Below, piece after piece: positions 1 through 14,551 of a DNA stretch of 64,000 bases. Position 1 is the first letter of the stretch. Each line of letters opens with the position of its first letter. The position numbers and the translations under genes are program-made. The DNA is from Eledone cirrhosa (Eukaryota): the NCBI GenBank assembly GCA_964016885.1, contig OZ024751.1, forward strand, positions 6,386,001 to 6,450,000. The letters are read 5' to 3'. The notes below the pieces were generated by a model. It worked only from the letters and a program-made list of their open reading frames with translations. It ran no database searches and had not been told where the DNA came from.

Positions 1-22
1 ATAAGGACTCATCAGGGCAAGC
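1..22 (-). ncRNA. 5' half of a hammerhead ribozyme cut by the window edge
   Basis: Minus strand reads gcc-CTGATGA-gtcc; the rest lies outside the window. Confidence 0.35.
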
Positions 23-305
23 AAAGAAACAAGAAGCATTAACGGCCAGATCCATCCAAAACTCAGAAGAATAGGGAATTTATATTTATGAAAGCTTAGG
101 AAAGATATCAAGGAAAAGCATGCTAAACCTAAAAGTGTGCAGTTACATATATAGACTATAGGGCATGAAAGCGGGTAATATGTCAAACCTACGTTGAAAG
201 TACAGTATAATACAAACACATGTAACACAACATAGTAATATATTGTGAGAATTACAATATGATATTGAATACAATATAATGGATAATAAGGAATAAAAAG
301 CTTAA

Positions 306-372
<67 letters not shown>

Positions 373-1328
373 ATATATATACACATTTACACAAACACAT
401 ACTAACACTTATTAAGTATTTAAATATAAATATACTCGTTATAATATTAAAAAAACCTTTATAATAGAATAAACCAATCACCCTGACGTTGTGCATAAAC
501 AATACAGAAAACAATAGAATAATATACTGACATCAAAAAATATATAAAACAACATCATACATATTATTTAAGGTCAATAAATTGTATATAAAGTTTTTCA
601 CAGGGTAAGAAAAAATATCATACAAAACTAAAGTATGTTGAAAAAATATATATAAATACATAAAGTATTGACAATAAACACATAGAGGTATAGGTAGTTT
701 ACATTCATAAAATATTACAAAATATTACAAAACAGTACCTCAAATATCTGACATATATTAATATCTATAATTCAATTACATAAAAATAATATCATATATC
801 AATGTTAATATTATAATAGCAGACAGACAGAGTCAATGGAAAATGCTTAAGACATATTTACGCGATTGATATAGGGAGACATATTATGATACAATAACGT
901 ATGATAGGAAGACAGACAGCAGCATGTGGTAGTAAAAAAAATAAATAAATAAAACGAAGAACAAAAACAAAAACAAGCACAGTTACGTAGGTATTAAGTC
1001 GTTAGGTAAATATAGATGAAAGAATTGAATAGAAAACCCTATTAAATTAATTGATATTAAAATTACATAAAAGATATTATTGGTCACTTCAAATGGAATA
1101 AAGTTTAAGTCATCAAAGTCGTATAAAACTTAGATATTTCCATAAAAACTATCAAGATATATTACGTTCCGTTCAGACGAATTACGTTATCAAAGAAAAC
1201 CTCTAAATAAAACTATGGTAGACTAATGGGAACAGAAAGAAGTGAAACTATGGAGGATAGGAAGGATCATAAAAGTAAAATTTATATATAATATATTATA
1301 TAATAAAAAGGAGCATAAAAGTAAAATT

Positions 1329-1396
<68 letters not shown>

Positions 1397-1812
1397 TATA
1401 TAAAATATATATATATATATATATATATTTGCCTCTATCTTTGCTACGGCCCTTGATAAACCTGTTCTACATCATCCACTCTCATCCCAGGAACAGTTTT
1501 TGATAGCGCTAGTTTGTGATTTAAATTCAGGAATTTTATATTCTTTGAATGAAAAGAACCTGCTGACGAGAATCTCTTTGCAACGAAGGCCGTATGGTCT
1601 CCGTTTTATTTTTGGGATTCGAAACTGATCGGTAAAGGTAACTATAGTAGGTAAAGTCAATTTTTTAAAATTTCTTTTGAAACTTTTTCAATATTTACTA
1701 AACCTTGTTTATATTTGTTCTGGCTCGTTAATTTATTAACCCGCCATTGAACCACATTGGCACTTGGTTGGACAATACATGCGTACCTTGGCGCCTTGTG
1801 CGTGAAGGGACG

Positions 1813-1870
<58 letters not shown>

Positions 1871-1874
1871 GTAT

Positions 1875-1909
<35 letters not shown>

Positions 1910-2034
1910 TATAGATAGATAGATACACATCATAAATTTGCAGTCACATTCCTGTTGCCCTTTCAGCTAGTTACTCTATATGCAGAGGAAATGATTATAA
2001 TAGTACGTTTGGATATCTGTCATATAACAAATAT

Positions 2035-2150
2035 GGATGCAACGTAGCTTAATGGTTAAGAAGATCACTATGAGATCATTAGGACCCGGATTCAATCCAA
2101 CAACCTAGAATTGTAAGCAAGCTCCATTCACCATAGTTTAGTTTAAATCA
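2035..2150 (+). mobile_element. Degenerate tRNA-derived SINE head
   Basis: A-box-like tagcttaatggttaag and B-box-like ggattcaatcc. Confidence 0.35.
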
Positions 2151-2414
2151 ATTAATCACAGTGTAATTACATAGACGGAAACTGCTTCGATGCTTTTGGG
2201 CGGAAAGTAGATGAATTTTAAACGGGCCAGACTCCCTCGCACAATGTCAGGCTGAATCACCATGATAATTATGTTAATGGTACACGTGCCTGTGGAATTC
2301 CCGAGCAGGTTGTTCAATTGATTGAATAACTCCATCATATATTTTCAAACCGAAATTTTACAGCTTATATAATCTTTTATTTCACAATGTTTTAAATGTA
2401 ATTACTACTTAGGT

Positions 2415-2505
2415 CCGAGCCCCAAGATGCGGATTGGCTGTTCCAGCACGTCTCCCCCACCAAGCTTCGGGGCAATGCATTCGTCATCCTTTTGGGCAGG
2501 GATTC
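2415..2505 (+). mobile_element. CRE-clade-like non-LTR retrotransposon C-terminal fragment
   Basis: Translates QDADWLFQHVSPTKLRGNAFVILLG, matching the LFQR.S...RGNA..IL end motif also seen at 61.75-61.96 kb. Confidence 0.55.
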
Positions 2506-2625
2506 AAGGTGAAGAAAAAATTAGTTGGTAGTGGTGCATACGCGTTAGGACGTCACTTTCTCACACTTATTGAGTGCCCTTTCTTTACCTAAATAAATTA
2601 TGCTTCATACACATAGCAATCTCGA

Positions 2626-2681
<56 letters not shown>

Positions 2682-2685
<4 letters not shown>

Positions 2686-2823
2686 AGTCCAGAATTAGCC
2701 GTCGAAACGGCTTGAGCTCAGCCGTCGGGGTCCTACTCGTTCCCATTACCCAGTCTACTACCCTAAGTATTGAGTACTTTGGTGCGTTATGGTCCACCTG
2801 GTTCCTTACCACATTTCCTCCGT
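2682..2823 (+). mobile_element. PLE pseudo-LTR 3' fragment with the 3' half of an HHR, within (TA)n
   Basis: GAA-ACGGCT-tgagctc-AGCCGT-C at 2704-2726 (helix III plus GUC site); CUGANGA half missing. Confidence 0.5.
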
Positions 2824-2837
2824 TATATATATATATA

Positions 2838-3347
2838 TAAAATAAAGTTAAATAAAAGTCAAATGATTAAAATTTAGCTTCGTTTATTACTGCTATATAT
2901 ATTTCAGTGACAGCCATCTTTGGCTGTGACCCCTTCAGGCAGTTTGAATTAGTATGGTATAGACAAGTACATATGTAATTTAGGTGTATGATATTGTCAA
3001 TACTCTGATATGTCCAGTTCCTTGTTGGGTTGTTAATTCACTGGGGAACTGGGGTGAATTAACAACCCAACAAGGAACTGGGCATATCAGAGTATTGACA
3101 ATATCATACACCTAAATTACATATGTACTTGTCTATACCATACTAATTCAAACTGCCTGAAGAGGTCACAGCCAAAGATGGCTGTCACTGAAATATATAT
3201 AGCAGTAATAAACGAAGCTAAATTTTAATCATTTGACTTTTATTTAACTTTATTTTACACTACTCCGGAGTAACCAAACCAACCTGCGCACTTCGTCGAG
3301 TGCTCCAGCCTGCATACTGAGGTGTTGGTATACAACCAACATAAACT

Positions 3348-3350
<3 letters not shown>
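2838..3350 (+). mobile_element. Fold-back PLE pseudo-LTR (about 204-bp inverted arms 2838-3041 / 3054-3257) inserted in (TA)n
   Basis: Near-perfect inverted repeat with 12-nt spacer, HHR in each arm, TA tracts on both sides. Confidence 0.85.
3152..3206 (+). ncRNA. Type I hammerhead ribozyme (minimal palindromic helix III)
   Basis: actgc-CTGAAGA-[acagcca/tggctgt stem]-GAA-ATATATAT-A-gcagt; the mirror copy has CTGAAGG. Confidence 0.85.
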
Positions 3351-3408
<58 letters not shown>

Positions 3409-3474
3409 GTTAACATCCTACAATATAAGATATGTTCAGAAAAATTCCATGCCTAATTTATATCTTTTCCTCAG

Positions 3475-3570
3475 ATGGGTTACCTGCTCGAATAATGAAA
3501 TATTTCTGGAGCGAACGAAATTTGCGGTAATGAATATTTTTCAAAGAATGGACGAACGATTCACTTACGA
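3475..3570 (+). CDS. Candidate host exon A (alternative donor at 3527)
   Basis: cttttcctcag acceptor; phase-2 frame WVTCSNNEIFLERTKFAVMNIFQRMDERFTYE; donor GA|gtacgt. Confidence 0.35.
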
Positions 3571-3799
3571 GTACGTTGATTTTCATAATAACTTACAAAC
3601 GTATGGTGGCTGTAAATATTATAAGTTTCAAATTTTGCCTAGAAAATATGTATTATAAATTTGACATGGATAAGGATAAAGATCCCATAACTCGTTGTGG
3701 AGTGGTTGAGGCACCGTCAAATGGCGTGTCTAGGTCGCTTTTAACCCTTGCAGAGTTCAACCCTCGCCGGGTTTTTCTATAGAGTAAAAATCTACCCCA

Positions 3800-3930
3800 T
3801 TACTGAACTGGTACTTTACTTATCGATCTCGAAAAGATGAAAGGCAAAGTTGACCCCGGCGGGATTTGAACTGAGAGCACGCAACGAGGTCGGAGGAATA
3901 CAGTAAAGCATTCTATCCGACGTCTTAACG
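3800..3930 (-). mobile_element. Diverged Nin-domain-type SINE
   Basis: tggtacttt..atcga..gatgaaaggcaaagttgacc..gggatttgaact core shared with the other copies. Confidence 0.75.
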
Positions 3931-4060
3931 TGGTGTTATTCATATATTCCCAACCCAAAACTAAGTGTATATCGTCACCCTGTTATCTCAGATACCTGCT
4001 TGGTCGTGAATGTGTTGGCACTATCATATATAAACTTTTTCTTTCATTTCTTATTCATAG

Positions 4061-4195
4061 ATTTATCTACAGACTTCTTTTTTTCACGATAACTACTCTT
4101 GAAGATGTTCCCCTCGATGAATTGTACGTCACCTCCAAGTGTCTACTGACCACCATGGACTCTTCATTTGAAGCAAGAAATATTAAAAGGAAAAG
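4061..4195 (+). CDS. Candidate host exon B
   Basis: Polypyrimidine tract plus tag acceptor; 135 bp open only in phase 2 (FIYRLLFFTITTLEDVPLDELYVTSKCLLTTMDSSFEARNIKRK); AG|gttag donor. Confidence 0.5.
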
Positions 4196-4672
4196 GTTAG
4201 AATATTTTTTTAAATCTTATCTTTCATAAGTAGTTGTAATAAAGAACACAATTGCAATGGCATTTAGATTAACTCATTTGTATAAAATATTAGATATAAA
4301 TTACAAAATATGATAATTGTATTGCCCAGAAGTTTAAATATATTCCAGAAGAAGAAACAGAAAGCTAGAGATAATGAGTAGTAAATAATTAAAAATATAA
4401 CAGCCACTATTAGAATCACACAAATCTACTCCAACATTTATATATTCATATATAATTTTACAACAGCTCCCACGCATAAACTACATAAACATTTCGGTAC
4501 TTTTATTACCCTCGTGTATATATATCTGCTTTAAGGCGGGGAGGCTAATTATAGGATGCTTTAATAAGTAATTCTCGAACTTACACAATACAATGATTTT
4601 TCACAACCCTTTAATTCCACCCCAATATTGTTTGGGACCCACGAGTATGCAATCTCCCTCTCACTCTCTCTT

Positions 4673-4705
<33 letters not shown>

Positions 4706-4908
4706 ATAACCAACATTGATCGCTCGTAAACATGAAACTGACTGGCCTATCTGTTGATATGCAAACCTGGCTGATCTGTGGATCTGTTAATATACAGATC
4801 GGACTGATCAGCCAATGAGCTAATATGCAAATCAGGCCGATCAGTCACTGTATATTTTGGAAAGTATCATATATTTTCAAAATATCTGACAGTTAGCAGG
4901 TGAAGAGT

Positions 4909-4959
4909 GAACTGCACTGATGAAGTGTAATCACCCAGAAACATTAGTATCTGCAGTTC
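4909..4959 (+). ncRNA. Hammerhead-like motif, imperfect
   Basis: gaactgca-CTGATGA-gtg/cac-GAAAC..-tgcagttc; 8-bp helix I but irregular helix III junction. Confidence 0.5.
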
Positions 4960-5096
4960 TGTTTACATGCCAACACAAGAGCAAGCATGAGGGGTTCATT
5001 CTACTGACATGGCTCAAAAGAGGTTTGTTTGCATAGTTGCAAACGAATCGAATATTATTATTAATATTCAAAAAAGTCAAATTACACATATATATA

Positions 5097-5270
5097 TACA
5101 GGACTAGAACTGTTTAAATTCAAAGGAAATAATCAGGAAGGCCCAAATGTTTTATTTTGAATGAAATAGTTCTAGTCCTGTAGAATCCATTTCTACATTA
5201 AATATTTACATACTACCAAAGCATTGAACACCTTACTTCCTGTGGTTATCCGCGATCGAACCCGAGACTC
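5097..5270 (+). mobile_element. Fold-back pseudo-LTR fragment, same family as 16591-16780
   Basis: tacaggactagaact / agttctagtcctgta inverted arms and the same downstream tail. Confidence 0.75.
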
Positions 5271-5375
5271 TCACTCACAGACGAACACATTATTGGACCA
5301 GTTATTTTTATCTAAAGACATTTTATTCCAATTCCATCTCGCCCTTCCCCTCAATGTATCTTATTTCACATTATT

Positions 5376-5411
5376 TCTTCTGATGAAGTACTAGCGTCCG
5401 AAATGTTAAGA
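5376..5411 (+). ncRNA. Minimal hammerhead motif, decayed
   Basis: tctt-CTGATGA-..gtcc-GAAATGTT-aaga. Confidence 0.5.
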
Positions 5412-5934
5412 CCCTCTTCCTGCTATATCAAGCGTTAACCTAATATATCCCTTCCATATACTGTACCGATTGTGTTGTTATTTCTGTTTAACTTTTACAT
5501 ATATATATATATATATATCCCTAGCATTCCACGGATTCTACACCACTGGTTACACCGCTCCAGACATCCACCCTGTTATACTCGGATTTTTCACCATCTC
5601 TTCCTACACTCCGCGGGAAAACATTCAGGAACACACACACACACAGACAAACAGTTACACTATTTTCGCACACACACATCCACACATACACACACACACG
5701 TACCTACATGCACACACATCACATTCCGCCCTCCCCACTCGAACCCCCCTCTTCCTCTCACATCCCCCTCCATCCACCCATCACCCCCACACCCCTCACA
5801 CCCTTTCACTACTTGTATCATTTTAAATTGTTTACACTCTTTTTAATTTGTTTTCCTTCCCCTCATGCCCCTCACTTAAATGTATTTTCAACACCCTCCC
5901 TCACAACCCCGGAACTCTTTTCCTTCCCATTTTT

Positions 5935-5970
5935 TTTCCTGATGAAGGGGTTATGCCCGAAACGTCGTAC
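5935..5970 (+). ncRNA. Minimal hammerhead core, helix I disrupted
   Basis: CTGATGA-ggg/ccc-GAA-ACGT-C. Confidence 0.45.
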
Positions 5971-6058
5971 CTCAAACCTCACTCTAAACCGTGAACCTAA
6001 TACTAACATCTTCTACTGCACTCGTCGTTATTGTTTTTGTTTTCTGTTTTAACTTATG

Positions 6059-6104
<46 letters not shown>

Positions 6105-6290
6105 TAATTTAATATATCAACTAACATAAGCGCACAGATGCACGCCCATGCTAGCAAATACACAGGTTATGTCATAGTACCTAGGTGGTTCAATGCAGGA
6201 GAATGCAGAACAATAATATAAAGGACGTAAAATAAGAAAATATTTTTAAAAAAAATTAAAAAAAAAAATGTTTTACTTACTTAAATTTTC

Positions 6291-6372
6291 ACTCCAACTA
6301 ATTAGTTTCTGCAATGGGATAAAGACAGTTACGTAATCCAACTGTCGAGAATTCATTGCGTCATCAGGGAGT
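6291..6372 (-). ncRNA. Type I hammerhead ribozyme with 51-nt helix II
   Basis: actcc-CTGATGA-gcaatg..gacagtt/aactgtc..cattgc-GAA-ACTAATTAGT-T-ggagt. Confidence 0.8.
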
Positions 6373-6507
6373 CTATTCTCAGTTAAGTCTCCAGGCAATG
6401 CGCGGACACTGGCGGCTCATATAAAAATAATAATAATTCGGTAGATCGAACAGCTTGCGAGGACTGGATTCTATGTACCGAAATTCTCATATATGTATAT
6501 ATATATG

Positions 6508-6623
<116 letters not shown>

Positions 6624-6878
6624 TGAGCAATTTTAATTCTCCCAAATTGAAGGATGAGTATTTAAAACATTATTTTATCATGGGTTAAGGCTCTATTGAA
6701 TTATTCCCTGGATTTCACTAAATTCTGTTGGATAAATCTATATTCTGATTCTTTTTGAATTGACTTTGAATTATTTTTCCCACATTTTACGTTAACTATT
6801 TTCCCATGTTGACGCTATAGTCTCTTATATATTATGGAATACTGTTAGCTTCTTGCTACAATACTTTCTATACCTTTC

Positions 6879-6943
<65 letters not shown>

Positions 6944-7128
6944 GATAAATCTACCAAGAGTTTACGGTAGTGTCAAATCCGTATGAAGAACTCAATGTAT
7001 TCCGGATATCATGGAAAGAAGAGATGTAATGAAAAACCACTTTCGGTGAAAGATAAACGGTATACAGAGTCAAGATAAAATATTGAACAAATAATGAATA
7101 AACAATTCCTTATATTAAACAAAAAAAG

Positions 7129-7283
7129 TTCATTATTTAACGATCGTTTCTAGGATATATATGTGTTAGAATTGGTATGCATATTCAACAGATCTATGTA
7201 CAAAATTATACAAAATTATACAAATTATCAAGATTAAATATACATACCAAACACATATATACGCCGTCTTCAGAAATAATGAA
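7129..7283 (-). ncRNA. Type I hammerhead ribozyme with 116-nt helix II
   Basis: 10-bp helix I ttcattattt/aaataatgaa, CTGAAGA, tatatatgtgtt/aacacatatata and tggtatg/catacca stems, GAA-ACGATCGT-T. Confidence 0.8.
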
Positions 7284-7945
7284 GTATATTTATTGATAAT
7301 AACAACAATTCAAAATTTCAGTTCAAAATTGACCAATGAAAACACAAAGGGTTAAATGCAGTTCGGTGTGTGTATATACATGTAAAACCCTTACACATAT
7401 TTTACAAAAATGTATGTATAATTTGTATACGCATACTAAAAGGATGGATGCAAATACAAAATTTCAAGGTTAATGTCTCTGTAAGCTTACAATGCGCAGA
7501 TAAGATGCGTATTGACACTTATGAAGTCAAGTATATAAAAATATATTTTTTTATACTCACACATATCCGTACAATCACACATACACGCGCGTATATGCAT
7601 AAATATACACATAACCACGAACATACAAACACACACACACCCCCACTCACATTTATATATGTGGATATAAAATCATAAGCACATGGATATTAATTCACTC
7701 ACATAAAACACTGGCACACACATTTTTAGATCAAGATACAGAAATTAGGTGGGAGGGGGGGGGAGGGGTCAGTATTCAACTGTCTGAGCAGACTGCCTAA
7801 TATAAATGTATCTATAAACTAAGAAAAATATAAAACAATAAAATATAATAAATAAAACATTAAAGAGGAAAGAATAGAAAGAAAAAAGAAAAAAGAAAAA
7901 AGAAATATATCAAGAAAATAAATATATATATATATACACATATAT

Positions 7946-7987
<42 letters not shown>

Positions 7988-8184
7988 ATATATATATATA
8001 CAAAAACATACATATATATACACATAGACACACACATATCCATACATAAATATACACACATATATAAACACATACATACATATACACACATCCACACTAA
8101 GAACATACATATACACACATATATATAAACATATACATATACACACATACATACATATACACATATACATACAAATACACATAC

Positions 8185-8238
<54 letters not shown>

Positions 8239-8620
8239 ATGTACATACACGTACATATACACACACATATACATATAATTACACATACTATATAGACACA
8301 GATATATATAACGACACACATACATGCACATATACAACACTTACATACTAATATACATACAGATATACACATACATAGCTATATATACACACAAATATAT
8401 ACAGACTTACATATATACACATACAGACAAATACTTACGCATCTATATATCGGTATATACATACAAACACCACTACACTATCACACAACTTAGAAATACA
8501 AAGAGAAAGGTATATACCTATACACACATACATACATAAAAATAGAAAAACATATAGATATATATATATATATATATATATACATACACACACATATACA
8601 CATAGATATATATATATAAC

Positions 8621-8665
<45 letters not shown>

Positions 8666-8903
8666 CAAATACACATACATACACATACAGATATATACAC
8701 ATACATGCATGTACACACACATAGAAATATTTACGCATACACACATACACACATACATATACAGTCATACACACACATACACCTACACGAACATACACAT
8801 ACACATATATAAAGATATATATATACACACACACACACGCAACACATACACACATACACATATATATAAAAAATAAATAATAAAGATATATACATATATA
8901 CAT

Positions 8904-8954
<51 letters not shown>

Positions 8955-9760
8955 CACCTAAATATACATACACATACATACACACATACATAGACATACA
9001 TGTACATACATATATATATATATATATATACACATACATAGACATATAGATACATACACACACAACTTACATACACACATATATATACATGTATATTCAT
9101 ACATAGAATTAGATATATAATCATACATACATATGCACTTACTTATACTCATATATACAAATACATACGCATCCATATATGCGTATATACATAAAAAACC
9201 ACTACAACCTCACCTAACTCAGACATACAAATAAAAATAATAATAAAAAAAAATAATAAAAAGGCATATGTATATACATACACACACGCATTAATAGAGA
9301 TATATATATACACACATACATACACATATATAAATATATATATATACACATATATATATATATATATACACACATACACTCATACATATATATATATATA
9401 AACACATAGATACCCACATACTCATACCACCATAAATACACATATAAACACCCACATATACATATATATACACACGTATATATATATATATATATATACA
9501 CACACATAAAAAACAGACATGCACATATATATATATTTTTTTACACTTATATATACACACATATTATGTACACATACACAACCTCACTTATACACACATA
9601 CACATAAGTTATATTATAATAATAAAGAATAATATATATATATATATATATATACATACATATACATATACATACATACATATATATACGTACATACATA
9701 TAAACATATACATACATAAATACACACATACGAATATAGACATATATTCACACATAGACA

Positions 9761-9813
<53 letters not shown>

Positions 9814-11501
9814 ATATACACAGACACATATACACACTCACATATATATATATGTGTGTGTGTGCACACACACATATATACACACATACACATATATACA
9901 CATAAACACATACATATGCATACATGCACACACACACACATATATCACATAGATACGAAGATAGACATATAAATAGAGAGACATACATATATATACAACA
10001 CACATACACTCACATACATACACACGCATATACATATACATATATATATACATATATATATTCCTATATATACACATGCATACATATATATACACATATA
10101 TACACATACATATACATATACGTACACACATTCACATACACATAGATATATACATGCATATATACACATATATACATACATACACACACTCATATATACA
10201 CACACAATCTTACATTCATATTTTCATGCGCATATATGTATTTTTATATTTAGATATAAATACCCAAACCTATATAGACACCTACCTACATATATATTCA
10301 TACATAGACGCTTACAAATACAGATGATAATAGTATGGGGGAAAGGGGGGGTTTGGAGAAGGGGATCAAAGTAAATATATGTTTCAAGAAACATAGAATA
10401 TTTTCCGTATCTTTATCCAATGTATGTTCTTACATATTTTCAGTGTTAGGAAATACAACAAACAAGAACTAAGGCAAAATCTATGCATCTCAAAATAAAC
10501 AAGTATACCATTAATCATATGTTAACTAAACCAAAGATAGTCAACATATTGATTTCTAAGGTGTAAATTAGTTAGGTTTATATTATTTGAAGCAGAATTT
10601 TGAAGTTAAACAGTAGTAGAGTATTAATTACAGTATAACTAAATTAAAGTTAATAACGTTATGGTATCAATATTAGGAAATGAATTTAGTAATAGGGAAA
10701 AAAAACAAAAAAAAAAAAAAAAACACACAAATAAAAATAAAATAAAGTATTACATCGGTAGTAGAATATAAATTATAGGTTAACTAAATTAAAAATTATA
10801 TATTTATTTCAATAGTATATGTTAATTAGGTATATAATACATAAAGCAGATATTGTATTTCATCAATAGCATAATATAATTATATGCAAATAGAAATCAA
10901 AATTAATACGCATACATATACATATACATACACATACACATATACATATATATACACACATATATATATATATATATACACATATATACACATATACATA
11001 CACACACACACATACACATACACATATACATATACATATCTTTTTCAAAAAATTGCATAGAATATATTAACTAGGTATATATCCAAAACACATCCCATTC
11101 TATGATTACATGACATTCTGCAATTCGTCTGTATAAGGATACTAATTTTAAGCAAATTAAAATTAAAATTTTTAGGTTGATTAAAACTAAAACCAAATTA
11201 TAAATATATTTCTAAAATGTATATTAATTAGGTCTATAATACTAAAAATTATTTCTCTGTCATTGGATACACGATATTATTTTGTTATATATTATCTGTA
11301 AAAGAATTATAATAAAAGGTTTAAATAAATTAAAATTAATCTATAAATTAAATTACTAAGTATATATTAGTAATATTTAAAGGTTTTTCACAATTTATGA
11401 TTACATAATATTTTATATTCTCATCTGTAATAAAATTTTAATTAAATTAAATTTATAGGTTAACTAACATTTAAATTAAATTAATTTCTAAAATAATGTT
11501 A

Positions 11502-11945
11502 TTAATTAGGTTTATAATATTTAAATGTTTTTTTTAGTTTATGATTACACGATATAATTAATTCCTGTCGTTTATTTAATAAGATATCCTTAGACTTCAT
11601 TATTTCAAATAGTTCTTGGGAACATAATCTACATTCATTTCTATTATTTTGATAAGGGGTGGCTCTTTTGAGCACACTCCAGGTCAAATCATATTTTATA
11701 TTCTTATTTTTATAACTATTGATTTTTTCTGCTAGAGATGTTGTATTAGCCAGTGCGGCATTTTTAAAACTATGCTTGTGGGTATTAAACCTTGTCTTAA
11801 AATTGTTAGAGGTAGCTCCTATATATGAGCAAATAGAATCTTTAGTTTTAACATTACATTTATAGACTATGTTGTTAACAAGACAATTCCCTTTTAATGG
11901 GCAGTTTGCTTTGTTTCTACAGTTACATCCTTTCGTTAATTCTGT
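11502..11945 (-). pseudogene. PLE GIY-YIG endonuclease (Nematis-like), RT missing
   Basis: CNCRNKANCPLKGNCL-VYKC..YIG..FKTRFNTH..CRLCSQE..LNKRQE..SCNH. Confidence 0.9.
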
Positions 11946-12112
11946 ATTTGAGGAGATATTATGGTTAAATGAAAAGTGTAAATTTCTACACAAAACGAAG
12001 GTTATAGAGAAAATTGAGGTTGGTAATGGCACATGGAATATATAAGAGACAGAATACTTTTTTGTGAAAAAACATATAATTTTATAAGGTAAGGAAATAA
12101 TAAAGGGTATAA

Positions 12113-12160
12113 AAAATGACCGGTTTCAATGGGTCTGCAAAAGCCATCTTTTCAAATGTT
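12113..12160 (-). ncRNA. Hammerhead, U3-A8 variant (mirror copy)
   Basis: Reverse complement of 14918-14965 with one helix II change. Confidence 0.6.
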
Positions 12161-12532
12161 GATTAATATTAAGAAAAATTAATAATACGAAGAGTTAAAA
12201 TGTAATTTGAAAATTCAAGTATAAAATTCATTGTGGGATTTCATAGTAGTTTTCATCTAGGTAGCAACAACAAGTTGACTGCTGTGTCCCTTTCTGGTAG
12301 TGAATGAGAAGTTATTTGGGGTGTGGGTTATTTTATAAAGGTCAGATTTAGCAATGGCCAACTGGCCAGCTGCTGGTCAGTGGGGGGTGGGGGGGGAAAG
12401 CAATATACATACTTATATCTTCCTGTGGTGGGTAGGAGAGTGGAGCGTGATAGAAAGGGATTTAGTGCACTTACACCTATATATACACACATACCTTCAT
12501 CCACACACACATACATATACATATACATCCAC

Positions 12533-12613
<81 letters not shown>

Positions 12614-12647
12614 CACACATACATACACACACACATACATATACATA

Positions 12648-12687
<40 letters not shown>

Positions 12688-12782
12688 CACATACACACAT
12701 ATATATACACACACACACATATATATACATACACATACATCCAGATACACACATACATACACACACACACACATATATATAT

Positions 12783-12825
<43 letters not shown>

Positions 12826-13116
12826 TCCACACATACATACACACACACACATATATATACATACACACATACAAACATACACACACACACACATATATAT
12901 ACACATACACACACATATATATACACACACACACACATATATATATACATACGCATACATCCAGATACACACATACATACACACACTCACACACGCACAC
13001 ACAATACATACATCCACATGCACACACATACACACACACACACATATACACATACATACACCCATACACAGAGAAAGGGCCTCCAAATATATATATATAT
13101 ACATACATACACATAT

Positions 13117-13837
13117 CTTAAGAGCCTTTCCACTTGAAATAACCAACAATGGAATAGACAGGGCAAAACACCTAAATCCCCATCAACTTAACAATCCAAA
13201 ACAGAAAACCACACTCAACACCCTGCCATATGTATCCACTTTCAACCCCAGAAATACCGAAATGTTTGATCACCTACACAAAAACCTCCCCATCCTACTT
13301 AAAGATGTAAAAATGAAGTCTATTCTTGAAACACACAAGATCCTTAAAAGTAAAAGACAACCCAAATCACTTAAACGCAATCTCACTCGACCAAATATAC
13401 CCAAACCAATCCTCAACCCTACAGTTACCAAATGTGGTAGAACAAACTGTGGAACGTGCCTCTACCTCACTGAAGGACAAACATTTACATTCAAAGATGG
13501 CCAAACATTTACAGTAAAAAACAATTTCACCTGCAACTCGGAGAACTTGATTTACGCAATATCTTGCGGTGGGTGCAAACACAACTACATAGGACAGACG
13601 GGCACCTCATTACACAAAAGAATGACCATCCACCGCCAACAAATCCGGGACGCTAACCCAAGAAAAATACCCTTGAGCAGCCATATTGCGAACTGCGCAG
13701 GAATGACACTACCCAACTTTAAAATCTTCCCCTTCTACAAGTGCTCAGATTCGTTCACACAGCAACTAAGAATAAACAAAGAAAATCTATTCCTTAACAA
13801 ATTTAAACCAAAACTAAACGGGTTATCACCCCAATAG
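13117..13837 (+). pseudogene. PLE RT C-terminus, Cys linker and GIY-YIG (Neptune-like)
   Basis: [63 protein letters not shown]; the ORF's N-terminal half is microsatellite. Confidence 0.9.
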
Positions 13838-14502
13838 AATTGTCATAAAATATAAACACACATACGCACGGAATCACTACTATTAAAAACCAGAGACCAA
13901 TTCTGTAGAATCTGGTTTATTCGTTGACAGACCATGCCTTTGTGTGACCAACACATCCATGTTAAACCCTGCACGTGCACACACATATATCTATATATAT
14001 ATATGCGCACACAGAATTCACCACTGTCGGTTGCGGGGCCCAATCTACATGAAGAACTCAATGTGATCAGAATGACTTGTATTTTAATTTCACTGTCCCA
14101 ACTTCTTATATTATGGAAAAAATATATGTGTATGTATGTATATATATATATATTTGGAGGCCATTTCTCTGTGTGTGGGTGTATGTATGTGTATATGTGT
14201 GTGTGTGTGTATGTGTGTGCATGTGGATGTATGTATTGTGTGTGCGTGTGTGTGTGTGTGTGTGTGTATGTTTGTATGTGTGTATGTATATATATGTGTG
14301 TGTGTGTATGTATGTGTGGGTGTGTGTATATATATATATATGTGTATATATATATGTGTGTGTGTGTATGTATGTGTGTATCTGGATGTATGTGTATGTA
14401 TATATATGTGTGTGTGTGTATATATATATATGTGTGTGTATGTGTATATATGTGTGTGTGTGTGTGTATGTGTGTGTGTATATGTATGTGTGTGTGTATG
14501 TA

Positions 14503-14551
<49 letters not shown>

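Larger units (their letters stand above)
6941..11990 (-). mobile_element. 5'-truncated Nematis-like PLE: GIY-YIG, long low-complexity 3' region, HHR pseudo-LTR
   Basis: GIY-YIG at 11.5-11.9 kb and same-strand HHR at 7129-7283; that both belong to one element is inferred. Confidence 0.5.

Noticed and set aside
1430-1820. Possible transposase fragment between TA tracts
   Set aside because: Short ORFs without a recognisable motif
7370-11048. Many overlapping YI/CV/HT-rich ORFs (also at 12.3-14.7, 17, 39, 50 and 54 kb)
   Set aside because: Translations of (TA)n/(CA)n-type repeats that lack stops; not genes
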